DNA of 64,000 bases. Source: an uncultured delta proteobacterium (GTDB lineage Bacteria; Desulfobacterota; Binatia; DP-6). The notes below the pieces were generated by a model. It searched no databases. It saw only the letters and a program-made list of their open reading frames with translations, and was not told the DNA's origin. The first letter of the stretch is position 1. Every line of letters begins with the position of its first letter. The translations under genes and the position numbers were made by a program. This document shows positions 40,438 through 49,535 of the stretch, one piece after another. The stretch covers positions 1-64,000 of the forward strand of contig CAWFFN010000008.1 of assembly GCA_963815115.1 (NCBI GenBank). Direction: 5' to 3'.

Positions 40438-40737
40438 GTGAGCGATCCTCCCGACCTCGCCGCTTCGGCCCCCAACGAGTGGCTAACAATTGCACAGGTC
40501 GGCCAGAAGCTCGGCTACGCGCCCCGGACGGTCCGCAAGAAGATGCACGACGGTACCTGGAACAGGGGGAAGCACTGGTTCAAGCGCGCCGGGAGTCGAC
40601 CTCTGTTCTGGTGGCCCGCGGTCGCGGCGTGGCTGATGGCGGACGACTCGGCTAGTGCCGCAGCCGATGGTGCGGCCTTCGGCCCTGACATTCCGCCTGC
40701 TCGGCGGGGTCGCCGGCACACCTTCAGTGCACCTTGA
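40438..40737 (+). CDS. Excisionase-like winged-helix protein
   Basis: EWLTIAQVGQKLGYAPRTVRKKM..G....G.H.FK; upstream of the integrase. Confidence 0.7.
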   Translation: MSDPPDLAASAPNEWLTIAQVGQKLGYAPRTVRKKMHDGTWNRGKHWFKRAGSRPLFWWPAVAAWLMADDSASAAADGAAFGPDIPPARRGRRHTFSAP

Positions 40738-40783
40738 ACATTATTCAATAACAAAGTACGGTTCTGTCGCGACTGGGGTGCGG

Positions 40784-40975
40784 ATGGGACGGAAGAGGAT
40801 GGGGCGACCGCCCGAGTTCGTTAAGCGCAAGCCATTCGTGGTCCTGCTAGAGGCTACGGAACTGGCGGCTCTACATCGTCGAGCACGGGGCGAAGGTCAG
40901 TCGGCTTCGGCCTTCGTACGAGGGCTCATCTTGAAGGCACTAGCAAGGGCTACCAACAGGAAGGAGAGCGCCTAG
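40784..40975 (+). CDS. Small ribbon-helix-helix (CopG-like) regulator with GRP motif
   Basis: MGRKRMGRPP...VLLEATELAALHRRARGEGQSASAFVRGLI. Confidence 0.6.
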   Translation: MGRKRMGRPPEFVKRKPFVVLLEATELAALHRRARGEGQSASAFVRGLILKALARATNRKESA

Positions 40976-41570
40976 ATGGCGTGCATCGTGAAAGGAGCGG
41001 AACGGCCGGCTCGCGTACCGTCTGTTCTGGGACGGCTATCGAAGCTGGGAAGGCACTGGCGTCCGCGTCACAGACAAGCGCCGTGCTGCGATGACTGCGA
41101 AGGCCGCGGTCATGTCGCAGGAGATGGCCGAACACCGATTCGACTATCTGCACTGGTTCCCGCACGGCGCGAAGGCACACATCTTCACAGCGACGGCCGC
41201 GCCGAAGACGGCCCCGAAGACGCTCGCGGCCTACATCGAGAAGACATGGCTCGCGCGCAAGGTGCCGCCGCATGTTCGCGCATCGCTCGCGCAGACGTAC
41301 CGAAAGCATTGGCGCAAGCACATCAAGCCGGCATTCGGGGGCTGGCCGCTCACGGCCATCACCACGGCCGCGCTGGAGGACTTCAAGGTGAAGCTGACGG
41401 CGGCAGAGCCCGCGGGCAAGGCCCTCAAGATGAAGACGGCGCGGGACATCATCGACGGGACGTTCCGGGCGATGGTCCGGGACGCCCGGCGCGTGGACAA
41501 GTTCCTCACGGCGGACCCGTTCGCGGACCTGACCTGGCCCCAGAAGGTCGTGCCGACGCCCGACCCATTC
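40976..41570 (+). pseudogene. Integrase N-terminus (DUF3596 arm-binding plus SAM-like), truncated before the catalytic domain
   Basis: MACIVK (shift) ERNGRLAYRLFWDGYRSWEGTG...FDYLHWFPHG...HIKPAFG...PDPF. Confidence 0.75.
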
Positions 41571-42113
41571 GCGGCCCTGATCCCGCTGGCCGGGTATCCG
41601 CTCCTGTACCTGCCCATTCACATCGTGTGGCTCGAGCTCGTCATGCATCCCACCGCGCTCCTGGTCTTCCAGGAGACGGCCCCCGCGGGCGACCCCGAGC
41701 CGCCGCGCCGCGAAGCGCAGGCACGCTTCTTCGACCGGCGCCAGTGGGTCGCGATCGTCGTCGGGGGCATGCTGCTGACGGCTGCCGTCACGGCGGGGTT
41801 CGTGCGTAGCGTGGGGATCCTGCACGACGTGGAGCACGGACGCGCGATGGCGCTCGCCACGCTGACGCTCGCTAGCGCGGCGCTCACCGCGACCCTGAGT
41901 CGCCTGACCACTCCTACCGCACGGCTGATGACGCTCGGGACCGTAGGGCTCTCGCTGGCACTGATCCAGTCCCGTGCGGCCGGGCTGCTGCACCTCCGAC
42001 CGCTCCACGCCGACGATTGGGCGCTGGCGGCTGCCGTGGCCGCTGGCGCCGCGCTGACCACACCCCTCTCGCGGACCGCCCGCCGCGTCGCGCTCGAGAC
42101 GCGGCCATCATGA
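41571..42113 (+). pseudogene. Cation P-type ATPase C-terminal membrane fragment fused in frame to the integrase remnant
   Basis: AALIPLAGYPLLYLPIHIVWLELVMHPTALLVFQE...LHLRPLHADDW. Confidence 0.75.
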
Positions 42114-42138
42114 GCGACGCGTCCTCGGCCTCACCGCG

Positions 42139-42801
42139 TCAGTGCGGAAGGGCAGTGGCCGCTCGGAGGGACCGCCGGCGGATCCGGACGCGATGCAGCA
42201 GGAGCCCGCCCGTCACGGCGCCGGCGGACAGGTAGATCCCGCGCATCCACGGGACGCCGGCGTCGGTGCCTGCGAGGACGCCGTGCGCGGTGGCGAGCAG
42301 GAAGACGGCGAAGGTGAGGCGGTGCACACGCTGCCAGGTTCGCGCACCGAGGCGGCGTCGCAACGCGAAGCTCGCGTGCACGACGACGGCGAGGTAGGCT
42401 GCGAGCACGCCGAGCGCGACCGGGACGGGACGGTACGTCGCGAGCAGGGGGACGACGACGTCGAGGACGTCGAAGCGGACGAAGCCGTCGCCGAGCAGGA
42501 GCAGGACGTGCGTCGCGACCAGCAGCAGGGTCACGCTCGAGAGCCAGCGGTGTACGTCGACGCTCCGCGCGCGAGCGATCCACCGGTCCGCCGCGCCGGT
42601 GGAGAGGAACAGGCCGAAGGTCACGTCGAGCGCGAGTGCCCCGTACGCCGTCACGCCCGCCGCGCGGGATGCGAGCCACGGCCATGGACCGGCAGCCCGC
42701 GGGACGGCGCCCGCCACGAGAGCGGCCCGCGCGGCGAGCGCATCGAGGACCGCGAGGAGCCCGAGCCCGATCATGACACCCACGATGAGCGCTCTACGCA
42801 T
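42139..42801 (-). CDS. Ferric reductase-like / MsrQ-like heme b membrane protein
   Basis: WLASRAAG, DVHRWLS, ATHV, WQRVHRLTF, TAHGVLAGTD (four His ligands); start overlaps the apbE stop. Confidence 0.85.
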   Translation of the reverse strand: MRRALIVGVMIGLGLLAVLDALAARAALVAGAVPRAAGPWPWLASRAAGVTAYGALALDVTFGLFLSTGAADRWIARARSVDVHRWLSSVTLLLVATHVLLLLGDGFVRFDVLDVVVPLLATYRPVPVALGVLAAYLAVVVHASFALRRRLGARTWQRVHRLTFAVFLLATAHGVLAGTDAGVPWMRGIYLSAGAVTGGLLLHRVRIRRRSLRAATALPH

Positions 42802-43693
42802 CGGCCACCTCCACGTCCCCGACCAGCTCGACGCGCCCATCCCGATGCACGAGCACCGCGCCGACAGCCGGCATGGGCTCGAGAAAGCGGCGCGCGGCGC
42901 GTGCACGGAGAATGAACGCCGTCTTGGCCAGCACGTCCGCCAGCTCGGTGCTGGCCGCGGCAACCGTCACCTGCGCGAGATCCGAGTCGGCGGAGTGCTG
43001 CGCGCGCGGATCGATCAGGTGGTGGGCCTGCGCGGCGCCGAGCCGCCACCGGCGGCGATTCGGCGCGCTGGTGGCGACGGCACCATCGCGCACGCGAAGC
43101 GTGACGACGACTCGGGTCGGATCCGCCGGATCCTCGACATCGATCAACCAGCCTCTGCCATCGAGTCCGTGGCCGCGCACGAAGGCGTCGCCGCCCGCAT
43201 CGATCACCCCCGGCGCGGGGAGCAGGGGGGCGGCGACGTCAACGGTGCGGCCCTTCATGAACCCGCCGAGGTCGATCTGGAGGCCTGGCGGACGGTGCAC
43301 CGAGCGCGTCGTCTCGTCGAGCACCACCTCGAGGAAGCTCGCCGGCCGGGGGGTTCCGGCAGGCAGGTCCCGGTCCATGCTGCCCGGAGAGAACGAACGC
43401 TCGTACCCGAGCGCCGCCAGCGCGGCGCTGATGGCGGGATCGAACACGCCCCTCGTGAACCGGGTGTGCTGCCGGGCCCGGCGAAGGACGTCGAACATCT
43501 CCGCGGAGACGGTCACGGGCCCGATGGCACGATTCAGCGTCGCCAGCTCGCTGTCTGGGCGGAAGCGACTGAACCTGCGCTCGCTCGCGGAGAACACGCC
43601 TGCAACCCGCCGTGCGACCGCCTCCTCGTCGGCCGGATCGAGTCCGGGCACCGCGATGGCGACGTCGGTGTTCATCGCACGGAACGTGACCAT
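42794..43693 (-). CDS. apbE: FAD:protein FMN transferase
   Basis: FRAMNT, FSRFRPDSEL, GVFDP, IDLGGFMKG, DAGGD, AVATS, HHLIDPR, ADVLAK. Confidence 0.92.
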   Translation of the reverse strand: MVTFRAMNTDVAIAVPGLDPADEEAVARRVAGVFSASERRFSRFRPDSELATLNRAIGPVTVSAEMFDVLRRARQHTRFTRGVFDPAISAALAALGYERSFSPGSMDRDLPAGTPRPASFLEVVLDETTRSVHRPPGLQIDLGGFMKGRTVDVAAPLLPAPGVIDAGGDAFVRGHGLDGRGWLIDVEDPADPTRVVVTLRVRDGAVATSAPNRRRWRLGAAQAHHLIDPRAQHSADSDLAQVTVAAASTELADVLAKTAFILRARAARRFLEPMPAVGAVLVHRDGRVELVGDVEVADA

Positions 43694-44046
43694 TACGAGC
43701 TCCGGGTTCTCACCCGCACCGGCCGCGTCGCCGACGCGCGCACCATGCGCGGCCGCGCTACGCGCGTGGGAAGTGCGGCATGCGTCCAGCCGGCCGGAAG
43801 GGTCACGACCGGTCGCCTCGAGAGAGAGAGGTCCGAGAGCCAGACGGGTCCCTGGCCGCGCTCGACACGCGTTCCCTGCCGCGCGATCGGTGGCGCGGTC
43901 GCCTGCGCCTCGGGAGGGAGCGATCTGCTCAACGCGAGCCAGACGACGAGGTAGGTGCTCGCGAGTACGCGGGTGAGCAGAAGCCGCCACTCGAGCGCCG
44001 ACAGCATGAGCACCGGCGGCCGCGCGGGCGTTGGCTCAGTCTTCAT
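43693..44046 (-). CDS. Small membrane-anchored protein with disordered tail ending VRVRTRSS
   Basis: One N-terminal hydrophobic helix and a Pro/Arg-rich tail; coupled to apbE (TAATG overlap). Confidence 0.7.
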   Translation of the reverse strand: MKTEPTPARPPVLMLSALEWRLLLTRVLASTYLVVWLALSRSLPPEAQATAPPIARQGTRVERGQGPVWLSDLSLSRRPVVTLPAGWTHAALPTRVARPRMVRASATRPVRVRTRSS

Positions 44047-44404
44047 CGTGGTCCTCGTGGTCGTCGTCCTCGCGATCGACCACTCGCCGCCGGGTGCCGG
44101 CAGACGCGAGCTGAGGGGTTCCGTGCCTGGTCGACGGACGTCTGGGCATGGTGGTGGCAGGGGTGGGAGGCTCGGGTTGGACCGGTACGAGGACCACCTG
44201 AGGCACCTGGTGTGGCTCCTGGCCGCGGGGCGCCGAGTCGGCCGCTGTCGAAGCCGCGACCGCTGTCTCGGACGGTGCTGGCGGCCGCAATGGCTGGAGG
44301 TAGCCGAGGAGCGTGCCTGCCGTCACCCCTACGGCCAGCGTCACGGACGCCGTCGCGGCCGCGATCATCAACCCTACTCGCCCACTCATCGAATCCTGCG
44401 TCAT
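44036..44404 (-). CDS. Small exported protein with His/Asp/Glu-rich C-terminus
   Basis: Hydrophobic N-terminus, Pro-rich linker, DREDDDHEDHDED; GGAGG RBS. Confidence 0.7.
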   Translation of the reverse strand: MTQDSMSGRVGLMIAAATASVTLAVGVTAGTLLGYLQPLRPPAPSETAVAASTAADSAPRGQEPHQVPQVVLVPVQPEPPTPATTMPRRPSTRHGTPQLASAGTRRRVVDREDDDHEDHDED

Positions 44405-44480
44405 CGAGAGCCTCCTTCCGATCAGGCGACCTCGTGGTCGTCCTGCTTGCGGTGGATTCAACCAATCCGCCGCCGCCTCG

Positions 44481-44500
44481 TCCATGCGACGGATGTGATA
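44481..44500. promoter_or_regulatory. Putative operator of membrane LuxR (copy 1)
   Basis: TCCATGCGACGGATGTGATA, 18/20 identical to 50756-50775. Confidence 0.55.
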
Positions 44501-44519
44501 CACGAGTGAGTCCGGAGGG

Positions 44520-45116
44520 TTGGCACGCGTGACTGACACGGATGACGGAGACGACAAGGGGCTGACGGCGGCGCTGCTCGCGGTCTTCACCCTGATCGCG
44601 GTGCTCGCTGTGGTGGACCTGGTGGCCGACGCGCGCGGCGGGACGTGGTGGCACCACCTCGTGGCCGAAGGCGCGGTCGCCGTCGTCGGGCTGTGCGGGC
44701 TCGTCTGGATGGCCGTCCGCTTCCGCGCCATCTCCGTCCGCGCTCGCCGCTACGCCGAACACGCGGAGTCCCTGCAGCAGTCCCTTGACGCCTCTCGTCG
44801 CGAGTCTGAACGGTGGCGCGGGGAGGCGGCCGACCTCATCGCCGGACTGAGCATGGCCATCGATCGTCAGCTCGACCGCTGGGGGCTCACGCCTGCCGAG
44901 AAAGAAGTCGCCCTGCTGCTCCTGAAGGGGCTCAGCCACAAGGAAATCGCCGGGGTGCGGGAGGTAAGCGAGGCGACCGTCCGCCAGCAGGCGACGGCTC
45001 TCTACCGCAAGGCGGGGCTCGCGGGGCGCCACGATCTCGCGGCGTTCTTCCTCGAAGATCTGCTGGGCCCCCGATCACCCGATCCGGAGAGCGTGTTCTC
45101 GACGGTCACGAGCTGA
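44520..45116 (+). CDS. Membrane-anchored LuxR-family regulator (2 TM plus HTH)
   Basis: Two TM helices with a WWHHLVAE loop; WGLTPAEKEVALLLLKGLSHKEIA...TVRQQA..LYRKAGL.GR. Confidence 0.9.
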   Translation: MARVTDTDDGDDKGLTAALLAVFTLIAVLAVVDLVADARGGTWWHHLVAEGAVAVVGLCGLVWMAVRFRAISVRARRYAEHAESLQQSLDASRRESERWRGEAADLIAGLSMAIDRQLDRWGLTPAEKEVALLLLKGLSHKEIAGVREVSEATVRQQATALYRKAGLAGRHDLAAFFLEDLLGPRSPDPESVFSTVTS

Positions 45117-45176
45117 GCGCTTCCGACTGCTCGTGGCCATGACGAGAGGGGCCAGCGACCATGCCCCGCTGCCTAC

Positions 45177-45872
45177 TCACGCAACGGTGCCGAATATGGC
45201 ACCGACGGCCGCTGTGAGCGCCATGGCCAAGGCTCCCCAGAACGTCACTCGTGCAGCCCCAACCGCGACATTCGCGCCGCCTACGCGTGCAGCCAAGACG
45301 CCCATGATCGCCAAGAACACCAGAGAGCTTCCCGCCACGAACGGGATCATGACCGACGACGGACTGATCACCACCATCACGAGAGGCATGCCCGCGCCCG
45401 TGGCGAAGGTGGCCGCTGAAGCCCATGCCGCCTGAATCGGTCGCGCGCTGTGCGTCTCCGACAACCCCAGCTCATCGCGGACATGGGCCGCAAGCGCGTC
45501 GTGTCTCATGAGCTGATCCGCGACTTGCTCTGCCAGGGACGGATCAAGCCCCCTCTGGACGTAGATCCTTGCAAGTTCGTGGCGCTCATACGCTTCGTCC
45601 CGCTCGAGTTCGCCGCGTTCACGTTCGAGATCGGCTCTTTCGGTGTCTGCCTGCGAGCTGACCGAGACATATTCCCCGGCCGCCATCGACATCGCACCGG
45701 CCACGAGTCCTGCGGTCCCGGCGACCAGCACGTCGGCGCGCGAGGCGTGCGCGGCGGCCACTCCCACCACCAGGCTTGCGGTTGAAACGATGCCATCGTT
45801 CGCGCCCAGTACCGCTGCACGCAACCAGCCTATCCGCTCGGCAAAGTGTCGCTCAGAATGGCGTCTTGGCAT
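45177..45872 (-). CDS. VIT1/CCC1 Fe2+/Mn2+ transporter
   Basis: WLRAAVLGANDGIVS, AGAMSMAAGEYVSVSSQ, H.RDELG. Confidence 0.92.
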   Translation of the reverse strand: MPRRHSERHFAERIGWLRAAVLGANDGIVSTASLVVGVAAAHASRADVLVAGTAGLVAGAMSMAAGEYVSVSSQADTERADLERERGELERDEAYERHELARIYVQRGLDPSLAEQVADQLMRHDALAAHVRDELGLSETHSARPIQAAWASAATFATGAGMPLVMVVISPSSVMIPFVAGSSLVFLAIMGVLAARVGGANVAVGAARVTFWGALAMALTAAVGAIFGTVA

Positions 45873-46143
45873 TCCTATGCCCGGATACTGCAGCAAAATG
45901 TTGCGTTATTGAAGACGAGACCACCTGCCTCGAAGCTCGTCGCGGTCGGTCGGCGGGACGTACGGGCGAAGACAGGAGGGAGCGGGTCGTTCCCGTCCAC
46001 TCGGTACGGAAGGGCAGCGGGCTGGTGGGAGCCGCGAGGGCAAAATCGGGCGTTTGAAAGCTCCTCGACGCGTTCGTCGACGACGTCGCCAGCGACCTGG
46101 TGCCGTAGCGGCGCGCAGCAAGAAAATCCGTGGCGCACGGGCG

Positions 46144-46244
46144 GGGTGATTTGACCCAGGTGGGTCGAATCACCCGGCGCACCTGGCGGGTGCGCGGGAG
46201 ATCGCGGGCGCCGGCGGGCCGCCGCTCTCGGCACGCGACGTGCA
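46144..46244 (+). promoter_or_regulatory. Enhancer palindrome plus sigma54 promoter of Cys-repeat protein 1
   Basis: GGGTGATTTGACCC-AGGT-GGGTCGAATCACCC (46144-46175); CGGCACGCGACGTGCA (46229-46244). Confidence 0.65.
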
Positions 46245-46271
46245 CAGTCCATTCGCGGAGGATCTGCACCA

Positions 46272-47333
46272 ATGCTTCGATGTACATGTTCCGCGCGCCG
46301 CGCGCGGCTCGCCATTGTCGGGCCTACGATCGCTCTCCTGCTGGTCGGAATGGCGGCCGGGGCAAGCGTGGCGGCACCGATCGTCGTCCGGCAGACGCTT
46401 CGTGCGACCGGCGACGATGCCGACGCACGCGGCAAGGCCATCTTCAAGGTCCGTGGCAAGGGAAGCCGCCGCAGCGGGACGCTCGTGGTGACCGCCGCGA
46501 AGCTCGAGCGCAGGTCGTCCCTCGAGGTCACGATCGACGGCGTGCGCATCGGCACCCTGCCGACGTCCGGGCGGGGCGCCGGTCGCGCTCGCTTCCGTAC
46601 CGTGCCCCGCGGCGATGACCAGCTGCTCGGCATCGATCCGCGCGGCCGCACGATTGCGCTGGTAGGGACGGGCGGTGCGGCGGTTCTCGCGGCCGGCCTG
46701 CCGTCGAAGGGGCTCGATCCGGGCGACGTGCGGTGCTGTGTGCCGGACGACTCGGGGCCCGAGTGCGAGGATCGCACCGTGGCGGAGTGCGCGGCCCAGG
46801 GCGGCGTCGACCTCGGCCCGGGTTCGTGTCTCCCCAATCCCTGCGGGAGCAGCCCGACCGATCCCGGCGGCGACATCCGCTGCTGCCTCCCAGACGACTC
46901 GGGGCCCGAATGCGAGGATCGCACCGTGGCGGAGTGCGCGGCCCAGGGCGGCGTCAACATCGGCGCGGGGTCGTGCGCGCCGAATCCGTGCGGAACGGCG
47001 ACGCCGCCGGTCGGTGGCACGGCGACCGTCGAGATCACGTGCGAGCGGCGCGCGGACCGTTCGAAGATCTCCGTGAACGGAAAGGGCCTCGCGAGCGGGA
47101 GCTATCGCGCGCGGGTGACGTCGGGCGCCAATACGGCCACTGCCGGCCCCAGGTCGACGGTCGGCGACGAGGTCGAGTTCGACTTCGATAGCGCGCCGGA
47201 CGACGTCGCCGCCGGAGCGACCGCCATCGCGGGTACGTTCGTGCAAGGGGTTCCCCCGCGGGTCGCGGGTACCATCGAAACCGCGGCGGGCGCCGTCGTC
47301 GCGGAAGCGATGGCAACCTGCGCAGAGCGCTAG
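46272..47333 (+). CDS. Secreted Cys-repeat protein, paralog 1 (2 repeats)
   Basis: Signal peptide, beta-rich N-domain (LLGIDPRG), two CC-x8-C-x7-C-x12-C-x4-C repeats, C-domain CERR.DRSK.SV...GDEVEFDFDS. Confidence 0.85.
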   Translation: MLRCTCSARRARLAIVGPTIALLLVGMAAGASVAAPIVVRQTLRATGDDADARGKAIFKVRGKGSRRSGTLVVTAAKLERRSSLEVTIDGVRIGTLPTSGRGAGRARFRTVPRGDDQLLGIDPRGRTIALVGTGGAAVLAAGLPSKGLDPGDVRCCVPDDSGPECEDRTVAECAAQGGVDLGPGSCLPNPCGSSPTDPGGDIRCCLPDDSGPECEDRTVAECAAQGGVNIGAGSCAPNPCGTATPPVGGTATVEITCERRADRSKISVNGKGLASGSYRARVTSGANTATAGPRSTVGDEVEFDFDSAPDDVAAGATAIAGTFVQGVPPRVAGTIETAAGAVVAEAMATCAER

Positions 47334-47398
47334 AGACTCGCCGGGCAGAGGGCTGGTAGGGGTGAAGGGCAATTCGCCGTTTGAAGCTCCTTTGAAGC

Positions 47399-48851
47399 CA
47401 ATGCCGGTCACTTAACGCGGGATCCCAGCGGTGCGGGACGTTTCCGGAGATAGCGACTGATCTTGAGCTTGACGGCGCGCGGGTAGCGGCGGGCGCGGCG
47501 GTCGGGGAGCACGAAGAGCGCGAGGTCGTCGAGGAGCGCCTCGATGCGGCGGGGCAACACGCCGGGTGGCGTGAGCCACGCGGTGTGCCAGAAGGCGCGC
47601 AGCGCCAGGAGCGCGTGGCGATAGCTCAAGCGCACGGGTGGCACGCCGGCACGCGGGGCGGCGCGGCTCATGACGAGGCGAACGAGGTTGTAGGCGAGTA
47701 GCAGCCCCCACACTTCCTGCTCCACGCGGGCGGGCGCTTTGCTCCGCAACGCCTCGGCGCGCTCAAGCGTGTGGGTCTTGAGTTCGTCGAAGGCGAGTTC
47801 GAGTTCCCAGCGGTCGTGGTAGAGCGCGGCCAGCTCGGCGGCCGGCGCGGTGGCGGGGTTGAGTAGTGAGGTGAAGAGCCAATAGGGGCAAAAGCCGCGA
47901 CGCTGGACGCGCACGGCGCGCACCCGCAGCGTGGGGGGCAGGTCGGGATGTTTGGCGCAGGTGATGCTGGTCGGTTGCAGCTCCACCAGGGTATCGCCCG
48001 GCGCGAAGCGCTGGACGACCTGGCGCTGCAGCGCGGTGCGCCCGTCGCGGGCACGCACGAGCCAGTGGCGGTCGCGGGTCGGGTCGCTCAGGGCGTGGAA
48101 CAGGGCGTAGCTGCAGAAGCCGCGGTCCAGGATGACCACCGCGTGGTCGGGGAGCGCGTTCCACACCCCGTGCGCCAGCGCGAGTTCGCCGGTGCGAGAA
48201 GAGCCCACAGCTACGGCCGCCAGCAGATGATGGCGCAGGTTGAGGAGCGCGACCACGCGTACCTGCGGATAGCCCGCGCCCGCCCCGTCGGGGCTCGCCG
48301 GGCGGCCGAACGTCGTGACATTCTCGAGCGTATCGGGCACGCGCAGCGTAGTGCCGTCGAGGCCGTAGACGGCGAGCCCCCGCCAGCGCTCGATGGCCGC
48401 CGCCTCGGTGCTCCACACCGTCGCCGTGTGCGAAAACAGCGCGGCCAGCGGGGCGGCGCCGAGCTGATCGCGGGCCTGGACGATGGCCGCATTGCTGACG
48501 CGCCCGCGCTCGCCGCGCCGTGCCGGCACCAGCAGGTCGAGATGGTGCACGACCTCGGTGATGCTGCGATCGCGGAACAGGCCCATGCCGATGACGAGCC
48601 ACACCACATGCTCGGCCAGGAGCTTGCGACGCCGCACCGACGCGGTGCCGGTCGCCGCCAACACCTCGGCGATCCACTGCTTGTCGATCGCCGCGCTGAA
48701 CTGCGCGAAACTCGCCGGGCGCTCGCCCGCGCCCACCGCGAGGATGGCCTCCCCCACCTCCTCGCCCCACCTCCCGTGGGGGAGACCAGTTACTACCTTG
48801 TGGACAAAGGATCCAGAACCCGACCACTTGCGCGCTAACCGACCGGCATTG
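47399..48851 (-). mobile_element. Complete IS4-family element (1453 bp)
   Basis: Terminal IRs CAATGCCGGTCACTTAA / CTAACCGACCGGCATTG; 10-bp direct repeat CCTTTGAAGC at 47389-47398 and 48852-48861. Confidence 0.92.
47408..48757 (-). CDS. IS4-family DDE transposase
   Basis: SVRRRKL, YGLDGTT, LDRGF, YHDRWELELAFDELK (YREK motif). Confidence 0.92.
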   Translation of the reverse strand: MGEAILAVGAGERPASFAQFSAAIDKQWIAEVLAATGTASVRRRKLLAEHVVWLVIGMGLFRDRSITEVVHHLDLLVPARRGERGRVSNAAIVQARDQLGAAPLAALFSHTATVWSTEAAAIERWRGLAVYGLDGTTLRVPDTLENVTTFGRPASPDGAGAGYPQVRVVALLNLRHHLLAAVAVGSSRTGELALAHGVWNALPDHAVVILDRGFCSYALFHALSDPTRDRHWLVRARDGRTALQRQVVQRFAPGDTLVELQPTSITCAKHPDLPPTLRVRAVRVQRRGFCPYWLFTSLLNPATAPAAELAALYHDRWELELAFDELKTHTLERAEALRSKAPARVEQEVWGLLLAYNLVRLVMSRAAPRAGVPPVRLSYRHALLALRAFWHTAWLTPPGVLPRRIEALLDDLALFVLPDRRARRYPRAVKLKISRYLRKRPAPLGSRVK

Positions 48852-48984
48852 CCTTTGAAGCCTCTATCCGTCAAACCGCTCTGGCACCGATTCCGCCGAA
48901 TCACGCTTTGTCAGCAACCTTGCTATGGTGCAACCAGCGTCCGTGGCAGCCGGCGGTCGTCGTCGAACCCAGTTGCTGCTTCGG

Positions 48985-49230
48985 TGGATCCTTGAACCTG
49001 TCGCCCGTCCTTATGACCGCCCTCACCGTCCTCGCAGCTCGCGTGCACCAAGACTCTGCGCTCGCACCCGAGCTTCGTGCCGGCCACCGCCGACGCTTGT
49101 ACGCCAGGGGGTGGCGTTCTTCGTGCTGCTGTACAGCTTCCCGGCCGCTATGGTGCTCTACTGGACCGCGAACAATCTGTGGCACGTCTTGAAGGTCGTC
49201 GCGGGCCGCTCGGTCGCCCACCCTCGCTGA
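48985..49230 (+). pseudogene. YidC/Oxa1-like C-terminal remnant
   Basis: LNL.PVLMT...FFVLLYSFPAAMVLYWTANNLWH across a frameshift. Confidence 0.55.
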
Positions 49231-49470
49231 CGCGATCCGCGGCGCGCCGGCTCGAGCCGGACCCGGTGCTCCACGATCCCGGCTCGAGCTGCCAGAGGCG
49301 GCGGACCGGGATCGCCGCCCGGAGCCTCGCCCGCCATGTCCTCCGGCCACCGATCGCGCAGCACCGGCTGACGCGTACCGCCGACGGCCGGGTGACGAAC
49401 GGGGTCTTCGATGGCGGCCACCACGCGCATGCGGTCGCCCCATCGCGCACAGGCCAGCATCTCCACGCGC
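49231..49470. mobile_element. Scrambled IS91-family (Y2) transposase fragments
   Basis: Plus strand LARHVLRPPIAQHRLTRTADGRV; minus strand MLACARWGDRMRVVAAIEDP. Confidence 0.6.
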
Positions 49471-49535
49471 CCGACGTGCGTCCGCCGCCCGCCCTGGCGC
49501 CGGGCCCGGCCAGCGAACTCGGGGCCCGACTCGTC

